63,340 nucleotides of DNA, filler included, from 4 parts of 4 records of this genome joined end to end with filler, not necessarily neighbours in it, one strand, 5' to 3'. Shown: positions 26,838-37,699, counted from the first letter of the whole stretch. Program-made: numbers and translations. Notes: a model not told the origin generated them from the letters alone.

Positions 26838-27776
26838 TTGTCTGAAACATTTCCCGACGCGAAAGTCATCCGCCAGCGCCCGCCCAACGTGAACCGCCCC
26901 CTTGAAGGGGCGCTGTGGATGATCGCCTCGTGCGCGTTTCTGGCCGGCCTGTCGGGGCTTGGCCGGCATATCGCACAGATGGGCATCGATCCGATGCAGA
27001 TCGTGTTCTGCCGCCTGCTGTTCGCCTGGATGTGCATGCTGCCCTGGCTCATGCACCGCGGCATCGGGTCGCTCGGCACATCGCAGCTCAAGCTCTATCT
27101 GGTCCGCGCGTGCTGCAGCATGTGCGCGATGTCGACATGGTTCTATGCCCTGGCCATGATTCCAATCGGCGAAGTCACGGCGCTGAGCTTTCTTGCCCCC
27201 CTGTTCACCACCATCGGCGCGGCATTGGTGCTGGGAGAAGTGGTCCGGCTGCGGCGCTGGACAGCGACCCTGATCGGCTTCGCCGGCGCATTGATCATCA
27301 TTCGCCCGGGGATGGCCGAAATGAGTCTCGGCAGCTGGCTTGCGCTCAGCTCGGCGGTGTTCATGGGCACGTCGGTGCTGATCATCAAAACCCTGACCCG
27401 TGGCGACGATCCGTGGACGGTGGTTTTTTTCTCGCATCTGATCATGATTCCGCTCGCCCTGATCCCGGCAATTTACTTCTGGACCTGGCCTACCCCCGAG
27501 GCGTGGATGTTCCTGATCGCGACAGGGCCTGTCGCCGTTCTGGGCCACCTCGCGATGACCAAAGCCTTTTCCGTGACCGATGTCTCCATCGTCGCCGCCG
27601 TCGATTTTTCGCGGCTGCCGTTTGCGGTTCTGGTCGGGTATCTGGCGTTTGGTGAACTGACGGATATCTGGACCTGGGTCGGTGCGCTGGTGATCTTCAC
27701 CTCGTCGCTTTACATCGTCCGGCGCGAGCAAAAGCTGCAGACCGCCGTCAGTGTTCAGGACAAAACGGCCCCCTAG
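26838..27776 (+). CDS. DMT/EamA family transporter
   Basis: About 10 TMs; FLAPLF, LGEVV and GYLAFGE motifs. Confidence 0.9.
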   Translation: MSETFPDAKVIRQRPPNVNRPLEGALWMIASCAFLAGLSGLGRHIAQMGIDPMQIVFCRLLFAWMCMLPWLMHRGIGSLGTSQLKLYLVRACCSMCAMSTWFYALAMIPIGEVTALSFLAPLFTTIGAALVLGEVVRLRRWTATLIGFAGALIIIRPGMAEMSLGSWLALSSAVFMGTSVLIIKTLTRGDDPWTVVFFSHLIMIPLALIPAIYFWTWPTPEAWMFLIATGPVAVLGHLAMTKAFSVTDVSIVAAVDFSRLPFAVLVGYLAFGELTDIWTWVGALVIFTSSLYIVRREQKLQTAVSVQDKTAP

Positions 27777-28702
27777 GATGTAACCGTCGGTGTCGGCGTG
27801 GTCGGCACGCGGCGTGATTCCCTGTAGGTGATGTAGATGGTGCTGAGAAAAATCACCGTGCCGCCGACCCATGTCCAGACGTCGGGGAATTCGCCGAACA
27901 CCAGATAGCCGACACCCGCCGCCCACAACAGCCGTGTGTATTCAACAGGTGCCACGATGGTTGCTTCCGTGGTTCTGAGCGCCGTCGCCATGCACAGGTG
28001 ACCCAGCGTCGCCATGACGCCGATCACCACCATCCAGGCCGCCAGCTCCAGCGTAGGCCAGGTCCAGAAGAACATCGCCGGGATGAACGAAAACGCGGTG
28101 AAATAGACATTGGCGTAAAATACCATGGTGACGCTGCTGTCGGTCCTGGACAGAACTTTGACGCACAGCAGGGCCCCCGCCCAGAATACCGTCGAGCCCA
28201 CCGCGATCAGCGCACCCGGGCCGAACAGCCCCGATCCCGGACGGACGATGATCAGGGTGCCGATAAATCCGACGGCAATCGCGGACCAGCGGCGGATGCC
28301 GACTTTTTCACCCAGTATCAGCGCCGCGCCGATGGTCACGAACAGGACGGTGACAAAACTGATCGCCGTCGCATCGGCGACCGGCAGCAAGCTCAGACAG
28401 GTGAACCAGCTCATCAGGGCACAGACGCCGATCACGGAACGGAAGAGCTGCAGCTTGGGTTGCTTGCTTTTCCAGTGCGACCGGTCCTGGCGTAACAGGA
28501 ACGGCAACAGCATCACGAAGCCGGTGACGTTGCGGAAGAAGACAATCTCGATCGGATGTATATCCTTTGAAACCTCGCGGACGATCACATGCATGACCGC
28601 GACAAGCAGCCCCGCCAGGGCCATGAAGGCCATGCCCTTGATGGCGGCTTTGCGGGCGGTCAAAGGGGGATTTTTATGCGAAATGGCGTGTTCTTCGCCC
28701 AT
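27773..28702 (-). CDS. DMT/EamA family transporter
   Basis: About 10 TMs; LGEKVGIRRW, IIVRPG and GYLVFGEFP motifs. Confidence 0.9.
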   Translation of the reverse strand: MGEEHAISHKNPPLTARKAAIKGMAFMALAGLLVAVMHVIVREVSKDIHPIEIVFFRNVTGFVMLLPFLLRQDRSHWKSKQPKLQLFRSVIGVCALMSWFTCLSLLPVADATAISFVTVLFVTIGAALILGEKVGIRRWSAIAVGFIGTLIIVRPGSGLFGPGALIAVGSTVFWAGALLCVKVLSRTDSSVTMVFYANVYFTAFSFIPAMFFWTWPTLELAAWMVVIGVMATLGHLCMATALRTTEATIVAPVEYTRLLWAAGVGYLVFGEFPDVWTWVGGTVIFLSTIYITYRESRRVPTTPTPTVTS

Positions 28703-28825
28703 GGCGTTGCCGTCTCCGGAAAAACTGTTACCGTCACGCCAGAAAGGCGTATCGAGTGAGGGTCTCTACTTTTAGCTGGGGACGCGGGTACGTCAAACAA
28801 GAGCATTATTCAAGGAGCAGGAAAG

Positions 28826-29800
28826 ATGATTCGCTGTGGTGTTGCCGGACTGGGCCGTTGGGGCCGCGTACTTATAGATTCCGTTCAGGGTAAATCCGAC
28901 AAGATCACCGTCACGGCGGGCGTCACCGGACGCAAGGAACGCGCCGTCGATTACTGCGCCGAAAAAGGCATTGATCTGCGCGATGACTTTACCGATCTGC
29001 TTGCCGATCCGGATATCGACGCCGTCGTTCTGGCGACGCCGCACACCCAGCACGTGGATCAGATCATCGCCGCCGCCAAGGCCGGCAAGCCTGTGTTCTG
29101 CGACAAGCCGCTGACCCTCACCGCCGCCGACGCCCGCCGCGCCGCCGAGGCGATGAACGCCGCCGGACTGCCGCTGTGTGTCGGCTTCAACCGCCGCTTT
29201 CTGCCGGGCATGATCAAGCTCAAGGAACTCGCCGCATCGGGGGCGCTGGGCACCCTGCTGCATATCGAAGGCAATATTTCCGGTAACGGTGGACTGCGCT
29301 ACGGACCCGAACACTGGCGTGCCTCGGAAACCGAAAGCCCGGCCGGCGGCATGACCGCCATGGGCGTGCACATGATGGATGCGATGATGTCCGTCTGCGG
29401 CCATGTTGACCACCTGCGTGCGGTCAGCGAACGGCGGGCCACGCCGGTTCCGGTCGACGACACCACGTTCGCCACCTTGAAATTCGAAAGTGGCGTCACC
29501 GGTGTGCTGACCACCATGTTCGCGACCCATTCGCTCTGGCGTATCCAGGTCTTCGGTTCAAAGGGCTGGGCCGAGGTCCGCGATCAGGACCGGCTCGAAG
29601 TCCGTCTCATCGACGGCGACAACACGGTCGAGGAATTCCCCGGCTTCGACATGGAGCATGCGGAAATGGAAGCCTTCGCCGACACCGTCAGCACCGGCGC
29701 GACATTCCCTGTGCCGCTCGATGATGCGATCCACGGCATTGCCATTCTGGAAGCCATCGTCGCGGCCTCGAAAAGCGGCGACGTGGTCAAGCCGTCCTAG
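28826..29800 (+). CDS. Gfo/Idh/MocA family oxidoreductase
   Basis: GLGRWG, DIDAVVLATPHTQH, GKPVFCDKP, GFNRRF and MGVHMMD motifs. Confidence 0.92.
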   Translation: MIRCGVAGLGRWGRVLIDSVQGKSDKITVTAGVTGRKERAVDYCAEKGIDLRDDFTDLLADPDIDAVVLATPHTQHVDQIIAAAKAGKPVFCDKPLTLTAADARRAAEAMNAAGLPLCVGFNRRFLPGMIKLKELAASGALGTLLHIEGNISGNGGLRYGPEHWRASETESPAGGMTAMGVHMMDAMMSVCGHVDHLRAVSERRATPVPVDDTTFATLKFESGVTGVLTTMFATHSLWRIQVFGSKGWAEVRDQDRLEVRLIDGDNTVEEFPGFDMEHAEMEAFADTVSTGATFPVPLDDAIHGIAILEAIVAASKSGDVVKPS

Positions 29801-29810
29801 GACAAACGCC

Positions 29811-30002
29811 TTATTGCTTGTGGGCGGCGTCGATCTTCTTGTCGGTGTTGTACTGGCTGAGGGCGTACACCGACCAGATGGCGGCCGGAATCCAGCCGAT
29901 CAGGCTCAACTGCAGGATCAGGCAGATAATGCCCTGGATCGGCTTGCCGATCGTAAAGAAGTTCAGCCACGGAATAAGCAGGGCAAGAATCAGACGTAAC
30001 AT
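29811..30002 (-). CDS. YqaE/Pmp3 family small membrane protein
   Basis: LILALLIPW...IGWIPAAIWSVY two-TM hairpin. Confidence 0.82.
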   Translation of the reverse strand: MLRLILALLIPWLNFFTIGKPIQGIICLILQLSLIGWIPAAIWSVYALSQYNTDKKIDAAHKQ

Positions 30003-30115
30003 TGTTGGCCTCGTCTATTGTTGTGCGCCGGCTGCCTATCAGGGTGGCCGGCAAATAAGTATCAACTACGATCCATGATTGTCGCATCTGCCGCAAGTCT
30101 ATAAAACCCCCGCTC

Positions 30116-31189
30116 ATGGACGTGTCATTATTCGATTTCAATCTGCCGCAGGCGTGCATCGCGCAATGCCCGGCCCGGCCGCGCGACAGCGCCAGGATGC
30201 TGCACATCCCGGCGTCGGGCGGTCTCGGCGATCTGCACGTGCGCGATCTGCCCGGACTTCTGCGCGCCGGTGACGTCATGGTGTTCAACGACACCCGTGT
30301 CATCCCGGCCCGCCTGACCGGCAAACGCGGCGATGCCACCAACCGCGGCAAGCCCGACGGTGCAAAGATCGAAGTCACCCTGCATCAGCCGGTCGATGCC
30401 TATACCTGGCGTGTGTTCGCCCGCCCGGCCCGCAAGCTGAACCCGCGCGATTATCTGGTATTCGCGCCCGGTTTTGCGGCTGACTGTATCGATGCGGGCG
30501 ACATGGGCGAGCGTGTCCTGCGCTTCAATGTCGCCGGACGCGAACTGATCGCGATGCTCGAAAAGCACGGCATCATGCCCCTGCCCCCCTACATCAAACG
30601 CGAAGACGGCGGTGACGACGGGGACCGCGATGACTACCAGACCATGTTCGCGGAAAAGGACGGCGCCGTCGCCGCCCCGACCGCGGCGCTGCACTTCACC
30701 GACGGATTGCTGGCTGCAGTTCGCGACGCCGGGGTCACCGACACCCGGGTGACGCTGCATGTCGGGGCCGGGACGTTCCTGCCGGTGCGTGCCGAAAAAA
30801 CCGAAGACCACGTGATGCACACCGAGCGCGCCATTCTGAGTGACGACATCGCTCAGCAACTGAATGCGGCGCGGGCTGCGGGCGGGCGCATCATCGCCTG
30901 CGGCACCACGTCGCTCAGGACTCTTGAAAGCGCCTGCGATGACGAAGGCCGCTTCCACGCCTTCGACGGCAACACCGATCTGTTCATCACACCCGGCTAC
31001 CGCTTCCGGGGGATCGATGCGCTGATGACCAATTTCCACCTGCCGTGCTCGACACTGTTCATGCTGGTATCGGCGCTGGCCGGACTGGACCGGATGCAGG
31101 CCGCCTACAAACACGCCATCGACAGCGGCTATCGTTTCTATTCCTATGGTGATGCGTGTTTTATCGAGCGGGCGGAGATGCAGGCATGA
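30116..31189 (+). CDS. queA: S-adenosylmethionine:tRNA ribosyltransferase-isomerase
   Basis: FDFNLP, VFNDTRVIPARL, PLPPYI, AVAAPTA, LHVGAGTF, TNFHLP and YRFYSYGDA; ends in ATGA after GGAG, consistent with a coupled downstream gene lost at the gap. Confidence 0.97.
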   Translation: MDVSLFDFNLPQACIAQCPARPRDSARMLHIPASGGLGDLHVRDLPGLLRAGDVMVFNDTRVIPARLTGKRGDATNRGKPDGAKIEVTLHQPVDAYTWRVFARPARKLNPRDYLVFAPGFAADCIDAGDMGERVLRFNVAGRELIAMLEKHGIMPLPPYIKREDGGDDGDRDDYQTMFAEKDGAVAAPTAALHFTDGLLAAVRDAGVTDTRVTLHVGAGTFLPVRAEKTEDHVMHTERAILSDDIAQQLNAARAAGGRIIACGTTSLRTLESACDDEGRFHAFDGNTDLFITPGYRFRGIDALMTNFHLPCSTLFMLVSALAGLDRMQAAYKHAIDSGYRFYSYGDACFIERAEMQA

Positions 31190-31289
31190 NNNNNNNNNNN
31201 NNNNNNNNNNNNNNNNNNNNNNNNNNNNNNNNNTTAATTAATTAANNNNNNNNNNNNNNNNNNNNNNNNNNNNNNNNNNNNNNNNNNNN
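31190..31289. other. Artificial contig-joining spacer
   Basis: 44 N + TTAATTAATTAA + 44 N. Confidence 0.98.
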
Positions 31290-31414
31290 CCCTGATCTGG
31301 ACCAGGCAATGGTGATGGTTGCACGGCAAGGCCAAAAGACTATTGCAAGGGTTTTGTTCATCAACACGCGGGTGCTGCATTCCACCTCTTTCCGCACCCG
31401 CCCGCATCCCAATC

Positions 31415-31997
<583 letters not shown>

Positions 31998-32009
31998 TAA
32001 TACTATGAA

Positions 32010-32615
32010 TCACATACCTTCGTTTAGCACCGCGTCGCGGATCATGCGCCAGACAAAATCGCCTATCTCCTCGAGCGTATAGCGACCATCGTCGCTAAAC
32101 CAAGTGGCTACCCAGTTGAGCGCACCGAGGCCTATAAGACGCAGCAAATCCAGATCCACTTCCTTTCGAATTACCCCTTTCTCCGCCAGTGACTTAAGCA
32201 TAGTCGCCCAGAGGGACTCATAACGGTCGCGCAGCTTGATCATCTCCTTACGTGCTTCGCCGCGCAGAGAACGCCACTCAAACAACAGTACATAGACCAT
32301 GTCCGAGCCGCTGACCAGCATCTGAAGGTGCGCATTGATGCCTCTACGCAATTGCTCCACGGGTTCCGCCGCACCGGCCACGGCTTCGGAGACAGCAGTC
32401 GAGGTTTGCTCCAAACCAAGGCGCATCAAATCAACAAGAATATCCTCCTTGGCCTGATACCGGTAATGAAGGCTGCCGGGCAGCAGATCACACGCTTTTG
32501 CGATTTCTTTCACCGTGGTCCGGTCATAGCCCTGCTCCCGAAACAGTCGAGCGGCGGATGTCAATACAAACTGACGATCAGACCGGGCCGGGCCGACCTG
32601 GCGCTTTTTTTTCAT
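32010..32615 (-). CDS. TetR/AcrR family regulator (KstR2-like C-terminus)
   Basis: AARLFREQGYDRTTVKEIA HTH and GALNWVATWF motif; ATG at 32615 with GGAGG RBS. Confidence 0.92.
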   Translation of the reverse strand: MKKKRQVGPARSDRQFVLTSAARLFREQGYDRTTVKEIAKACDLLPGSLHYRYQAKEDILVDLMRLGLEQTSTAVSEAVAGAAEPVEQLRRGINAHLQMLVSGSDMVYVLLFEWRSLRGEARKEMIKLRDRYESLWATMLKSLAEKGVIRKEVDLDLLRLIGLGALNWVATWFSDDGRYTLEEIGDFVWRMIRDAVLNEGM

Positions 32616-32855
32616 GGTTTTCTCCTCCGGCCTCGGGGTGCGGCGCGAATCCGAATTGCGAGAGCCCATTGCCTGCATCAGACCGACGACTCCCCCCGGA
32701 ATGGCTCGTCGCGCCGAAGATCCGCGCGGCCCCATTGATTTTCTCACAAGTCATCGGGTGAGCACCACCGGCCTTGGTCAGCTGGCCGGGAAAGAGACCC
32801 GGGCCGCGTGCGGTCTGCGTCGCACCGCATGGCGGCGCTGCTTCAGTATCAAGCC

Positions 32856-34088
32856 TTATGCCAACGATTTCAATTCGGTGCTCGGATCCTTCAATGCTTC
32901 AACACTGACGTCCTTGCCTTGATATACGAGCTTCTTCCCGACCATGAAGGCCATGGGCATATTTACCGCGTCAACGGCCACCAGCCGGCTTCCCTGTAAA
33001 TAGAATACCACAAACGCTTCATCCGAGGGATTGCCGCGAACCACCCGCTGATCGTGGTTTTGAGATAACCCCACCATTTGCAAGCGTACGTTAAACTGGT
33101 TCGACCAGAACCACGGCACGCTTTTATAGGGCACGCGCTCACCCATAAGCGTCGCGGCCGCCGTACGGGCCTGATCGACGGCATTCGCCACGGACTCAAG
33201 TCGTTGCATCTTTTCAAATAACAGATTCCGGTGGCGGGTACAGTCGCCGATCGCCAGGACAGCGGGATCCGCGGTACGAGTAAACTCGTCAACGACAATA
33301 CCGTCATCACAGGGCAAGCCCGCGGCCTCGGCCAGAGCGGTTTCCGGAAGAACACCGATGGAAACAAGCACGATATCGGCCGGCACGATACCGCCGTTCG
33401 CCAATCTCACGCCAGTCACACAACCTTGCTCTCCCGCTTCGAAGCCGGTAACCGCGGTGTTCAAACGTACATCCACGCCGGCGTCAGTATGCTTGGCGTA
33501 AAAGAATGCGGACATCTCCGGCCCAGTAACCCGTTGCATAAGCCGATCAGCGGCTTCCAGTACGGTGACATCGACGCCGCTCTTGTTTGCGCTGGCGGCG
33601 ACCTCGAGACCGATATAACCGCCACCCACGATGACCAAACGTTTCCCTGCAACTAATTGTTGACGCAAGTTATCCGCATCGGCTATATCATGCAAATAGT
33701 GAATGCCTTTCAAGTCCGCTCCTGGCGCATTCAAACGCCGAACACGCGATCCCGTGGCCAGGACAAGTTGATCGTATTTCAAGGTGCTCTGGTCCGACAA
33801 CCGGATGATCTTGTTGTTTCGATCGATTTGCACGACTCGCACACCGAGCCGCAACTGATGACCCGCGTTTTCATATATTGAGATCGGCTTCAAATACAGT
33901 GAACCCTGATCAACTTCGCCTGTCAGGTAATTCTTGGACAGAGGCGGGCGCTGATAGGGTGGGTGGGGCTCTTCGCCCACCAGAATCACTTTATGCTGAT
34001 ACTTCTTTTGCAACAGTGTTGTCAAAAGCGCTCCCGCCGCGTGCCCGCCGCCAACGATGACCGTCGTTTGTTTCTGATTGTTCGTCAT
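32856..34088 (-). CDS. Ferredoxin/putidaredoxin reductase (FAD/NAD-dependent)
   Basis: IVGGGHAA, PYQRPPLSK, LATGS, IVGGGYIGLE, AIGDC and VPWFWSNQ motifs; start MTNNQK. Confidence 0.93.
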   Translation of the reverse strand: MTNNQKQTTVIVGGGHAAGALLTTLLQKKYQHKVILVGEEPHPPYQRPPLSKNYLTGEVDQGSLYLKPISIYENAGHQLRLGVRVVQIDRNNKIIRLSDQSTLKYDQLVLATGSRVRRLNAPGADLKGIHYLHDIADADNLRQQLVAGKRLVIVGGGYIGLEVAASANKSGVDVTVLEAADRLMQRVTGPEMSAFFYAKHTDAGVDVRLNTAVTGFEAGEQGCVTGVRLANGGIVPADIVLVSIGVLPETALAEAAGLPCDDGIVVDEFTRTADPAVLAIGDCTRHRNLLFEKMQRLESVANAVDQARTAAATLMGERVPYKSVPWFWSNQFNVRLQMVGLSQNHDQRVVRGNPSDEAFVVFYLQGSRLVAVDAVNMPMAFMVGKKLVYQGKDVSVEALKDPSTELKSLA

Positions 34089-34163
34089 AGCCTGTCTCTT
34101 TTTTACTGTGCCTTGGGGTCCAATTTCACGATTACAAACGCCATGGGGACGAGCACGCCGCAC

Positions 34164-35813
34164 TCAATACCGCGATCGGCCGCGGGACACCTTGAAATCC
34201 TCGAGAATCATCTCAGCCCCCTTCTCGCCAATCATGGTCGCCGGCTGATGAGTATTTCCGCCCACCAGGGTCGGCATAACGGAAGCATCAACCACCCGCA
34301 GGGACCGGAGGCCATGCACGCGCAGTCGGGGATCGACCACCGCCATTGGATCCAATCCCATCTTACAGGTACCTACAGGGTGGTAGGCCGACTCGCCGCT
34401 ACGCCTCACCCATCTGGCGAGCTCTTCGTCACTGCGCAGCGTCGGTCCCGGCGATATCTCGACCTCGTGGTGAGACGCGAAAGCCGGCTGCTCCAGAATC
34501 CTGCGTACTAAACGCACCCCCCGAACGAGTTTCTCGACGTCGGTGGGCTCAGCCATATAATTGGGGTCTATCAGCGGTGCCGCGAAGGGATCGGCACTGT
34601 GCAAACCGACGTGGCCGCGCGACAAAGGCCGGAGCCCATAAATCATCACGATGTAACCATAACCGCTCATCGCGGTCTTCATGTCCCGCCCGTGATCAGC
34701 GTACAGCATCGGCCCGAAATGCAGTTGCAAGTCGGGGATCGGCTCTTCCGCACGGGAACGAATAAACCCACCGGCCTCGGCGCCGTTACTCGACAGTACA
34801 CCGCGGCGACCGCTCAGATACTGCAGCAGGGCCCGAAGGCCCTTGAACCAGTAGCTCGGATGCATGGAAATGCTCTGGCGGTCGCGCGCTCTAACACGCA
34901 CGAACACGTCGATGTGATCCTGCAGATTCCGTCCGACGCCCTCCAGCTCATGACGTAATTCAATCCCGTGCCGGGACAGTTCACCGCGCGGCCCAATTCC
35001 AGAAAGCATCAGCAACTGCGGAGAATTAAACGCGCCGCCGCAGAGTACTACTTCGCGCCGGGCACGGACCTGAGCCAGCCCCTTCACGCTCCGATATTCG
35101 ACACCGGTGGCATGGCCGCCCTGGAGCAACACACGCGTGACGTGCGCTCCGCTGCGGACAGTCAGGTTGGACCGAAACGCCGCGGGTTCGAGATAGGCAC
35201 GCGCATTACTACAGCGCGCGCCGTCCTTCTGATAAACATAGTAGTAGCCCACGCCTTCCTGTTCACGTCCGTTGAAATCCGGGTTGCGCCGGTGGCCCGC
35301 CTGCATCGCCGCCTTGACGAACGCCGTGCTTAGCGGATTGGTATAGCGGCGCTCGGCAATATTAAGCGGGCCACCCCGACCATGAAACGCCGTTTCAAGA
35401 GCCGCCAGCTCCGGCTCGAAATGTTCGGATCTTCGGAAGTAAGGCAACACATCGGCATACGACCACCCTTCGCAACCGAGCCGTGCCCACTCGTCGTAGT
35501 CCCGGGCATGTCCGCGAATGTAGACCTGCGCGTTCATGCCGCTGGACCCGCCGACCATCTTACCTCGTGGCTGATATAAGGCACGGCCATACATGTGCCA
35601 CTGCGGCTCGGTATTGAACTGCCAGTTGACGCGACGACTGAAGATCAGCTGCAGAAAGCCCAGCGGCATATTCACGAACGGATTGCGGCGGCTCTCCGGA
35701 CCTGCCTCGAGCAACAGCACCGAATGGCGGCCGCATTCGGATAGACGGTTGGCGACGACGCATCCGGCCGAGCCCGCCCCAACCACGACATAATCGAACT
35801 GTTCGGGTGACAT
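34164..35813 (-). CDS. alkJ: GMC-family alcohol dehydrogenase (AlkJ-like)
   Basis: DYVVVGAGSAGC, GGSSGMNAQVYIRG, NLQDH, YHPVGTCKMG and VVDASVMP motifs; position in the CYP153 cassette. Confidence 0.85.
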   Translation of the reverse strand: MSPEQFDYVVVGAGSAGCVVANRLSECGRHSVLLLEAGPESRRNPFVNMPLGFLQLIFSRRVNWQFNTEPQWHMYGRALYQPRGKMVGGSSGMNAQVYIRGHARDYDEWARLGCEGWSYADVLPYFRRSEHFEPELAALETAFHGRGGPLNIAERRYTNPLSTAFVKAAMQAGHRRNPDFNGREQEGVGYYYVYQKDGARCSNARAYLEPAAFRSNLTVRSGAHVTRVLLQGGHATGVEYRSVKGLAQVRARREVVLCGGAFNSPQLLMLSGIGPRGELSRHGIELRHELEGVGRNLQDHIDVFVRVRARDRQSISMHPSYWFKGLRALLQYLSGRRGVLSSNGAEAGGFIRSRAEEPIPDLQLHFGPMLYADHGRDMKTAMSGYGYIVMIYGLRPLSRGHVGLHSADPFAAPLIDPNYMAEPTDVEKLVRGVRLVRRILEQPAFASHHEVEISPGPTLRSDEELARWVRRSGESAYHPVGTCKMGLDPMAVVDPRLRVHGLRSLRVVDASVMPTLVGGNTHQPATMIGEKGAEMILEDFKVSRGRSRY

Positions 35814-35830
35814 CGGCTCCGGACGTAAAT

Positions 35831-37243
35831 TCAATTTTTTGCGGTCAACTTGACCATTAGCTTGGAATAGCCCCGCACAAAGTTGGACTGCACACGCTCG
35901 GGCTCACCCACGACCTCTATGTTATCAAAGCGCTTGAGTAACTCTTCCCACAAAATCCGCAATTGCAACTCAGCCAGACGGTTTCCCATGCAACGGTGAA
36001 TGCCGTAGCCAAAGGAAATATGATTCCGCGCGTCCTTGCGATCAATAATAAGCTGGTCGGGATTTTCGAACTTTCGTTCGTCCCTATTACCCGAGGCATA
36101 CCACATCAACACGCGGTCCCCTTTCTTAATGGTCTGACCACGCAGCTCCACGTCCTGCGTGGCAACCCGGCGCATGTGCGCGAGTGGAGTTTGCCAGCGG
36201 ATAATTTCCGAAACCATGTTCGGAATCAATTCCGGGTTTTTCTTCAGCTTGATGAATTCCTCGGGGAACTGATTCAGGGCCAACACACCGCCGCTCATGG
36301 AGTTGCGGGTAGTGTCATTGCCGCCAACAATCAGCAGCGCCAGGTTGCCGATAAACTCCATCGGACGGTTGATCAAATCCCGGGTATCCTTGTTACTCTG
36401 TAGCATGCTGATCAAGTCGAAACCCGGAGGCTCACCAGCCTTGCGTCGTGCCTCCTTGTCTCGCCAAAGCCTCGAGAATGACCAGGCCATGTCCGCGGCA
36501 TCGTCAAACATGATGTCTTCGTCGGTAAACTCGCCACCAGTCGCCGAAGATGCTCCGGACAGTCGGTCCGACCAATCAACCAGCTTGTGACGCTGCTCGT
36601 AAGGGAAATCCAGCAACGTTGCCAACATGCGCCCGGTCAACTCCTTGGACACTGCCGGCACCCAGTTGAAAGCTTTGTCCAGGGGCAGACTGTCGAGCAC
36701 CTCGGCGGCGCGCTGCCGGATCAGCCCCTCCATTTCCTTGAGATTCTGGGGTGCCACCACACCTTGGACCGCCCGGCGTTGCACATCATGTTTTGGCGGA
36801 TCCATGGCGATGAACATTTCCACCGACAACCCTTCCGGAGGATCACCCAGAATGATTTGTGGCTCGGAGGAAAAGAGCTCGTGATTTTTATCGACGAACA
36901 AAATGTCTTCATAGCGTGTCACCGACCAGAATGGCCCGAACTGGCTGCTTTTCTGGAAGTGCACCGGTGCCTCATCACGTAACCGCTTGAAATAGGCACC
37001 CCACTGATCTTGCCGATACAGAAAAGGGTTGCTGGTGTCAATATCCTCAAGTGCCAGGGTATTGACGTCAGGCACGGGCCGTTCGAGAAACTTGACCTGT
37101 GGGCGTGTTGACCCCAGTGCCTTTTTCTTCGCTTTCATCAGAGATTTGAGTGCCTTGATCTGTAAGTGCATAGGCACCAATCTCGATGTGGCATTAATCA
37201 TCTTTGTTTGCATGGCATCGTTCGTGCCTGACTTGGTTGACAT
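35831..37243 (-). CDS. cyp153A: Cytochrome P450 alkane hydroxylase, CYP153A family
   Basis: MFIAMDPPKH, LLIVGGNDTTRN, EIIRWQTPLAHMRR and heme motif FGYGIHRCMG; N-terminus INATSRLVPMHLQIKALK resembles Alcanivorax-type CYP153A. Confidence 0.96.
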   Translation of the reverse strand: MSTKSGTNDAMQTKMINATSRLVPMHLQIKALKSLMKAKKKALGSTRPQVKFLERPVPDVNTLALEDIDTSNPFLYRQDQWGAYFKRLRDEAPVHFQKSSQFGPFWSVTRYEDILFVDKNHELFSSEPQIILGDPPEGLSVEMFIAMDPPKHDVQRRAVQGVVAPQNLKEMEGLIRQRAAEVLDSLPLDKAFNWVPAVSKELTGRMLATLLDFPYEQRHKLVDWSDRLSGASSATGGEFTDEDIMFDDAADMAWSFSRLWRDKEARRKAGEPPGFDLISMLQSNKDTRDLINRPMEFIGNLALLIVGGNDTTRNSMSGGVLALNQFPEEFIKLKKNPELIPNMVSEIIRWQTPLAHMRRVATQDVELRGQTIKKGDRVLMWYASGNRDERKFENPDQLIIDRKDARNHISFGYGIHRCMGNRLAELQLRILWEELLKRFDNIEVVGEPERVQSNFVRGYSKLMVKLTAKN

Positions 37244-37255
37244 GGTGACCTCCCG

Positions 37256-37576
37256 CTACATCTGAAATTCAGGCAACAGAACGGTCATACCGTCCATCGC
37301 CTCAGTGGTTCGAATCTGACAGCCCAGCCGAGAAGTTTCTGCCCGCTCCGGAGTCATGGACAACATCTGCTCTTCAGCATCATTTATTTCCCCGGTCTTT
37401 CCGAACCATTCATCGGTCACTATCACGTGGCAGGTGCCGCAGGCGCATTCCCCACCGCAGTCTCCGTCGATGCCGGGCACAGCGTTATTAACAGCAACCT
37501 GCATCAGCGAGGAACCAGATTCAAACTCGGCAATGTGCTCGGTACTGTCATGCTCAATGAACGTAATCTTACCCAA
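37256..37576 (-). CDS. 2Fe-2S ferredoxin (putidaredoxin type)
   Basis: CGGECACGTCH and SRLGCQI motifs; TTG start with GGAG RBS. Confidence 0.95.
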   Translation of the reverse strand: MGKITFIEHDSTEHIAEFESGSSLMQVAVNNAVPGIDGDCGGECACGTCHVIVTDEWFGKTGEINDAEEQMLSMTPERAETSRLGCQIRTTEAMDGMTVLLPEFQM

Positions 37577-37612
37577 GACCTTTCTCCAGCAAGTAACTTA
37601 ATGACTGCATCG

Positions 37613-37673
37613 TGGTTGTTGATTCGCTTGCCAGGGAGGTCATTTATTGACACACTGGGGTCATTTAAAGACA
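37613..37673 (-). promoter_or_regulatory. Candidate AraC-activated promoter of the fdx-CYP153 operon (copy 1)
   Basis: GGTCATTTATTGACA (37638) and GGTCATTTAAAGACA (37659) 21 bp apart; TGGTTGT at 37613; same layout repeated at 53371-53431. Confidence 0.75.
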
Positions 37674-37699
37674 GGCATGCCTATCAACGGACAGTATCA

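Noticed and set aside
26241-27926. 561-aa minus-strand ORF
   Set aside because: Overlaps the M81 peptidase and DMT genes antisense; Arg/Gly/His-rich composition typical of shadow frames.
30128-31114. 328-aa minus-strand ORF
   Set aside because: Antisense to a clear queA gene.
37427-37699. N-terminal extension of the AraC ORF (likewise extensions from 40467, 49767, 32747 and 59978)
   Set aside because: These overlap neighbouring genes or promoter DNA; downstream ATGs fit family length and, in several cases, have a clear RBS.
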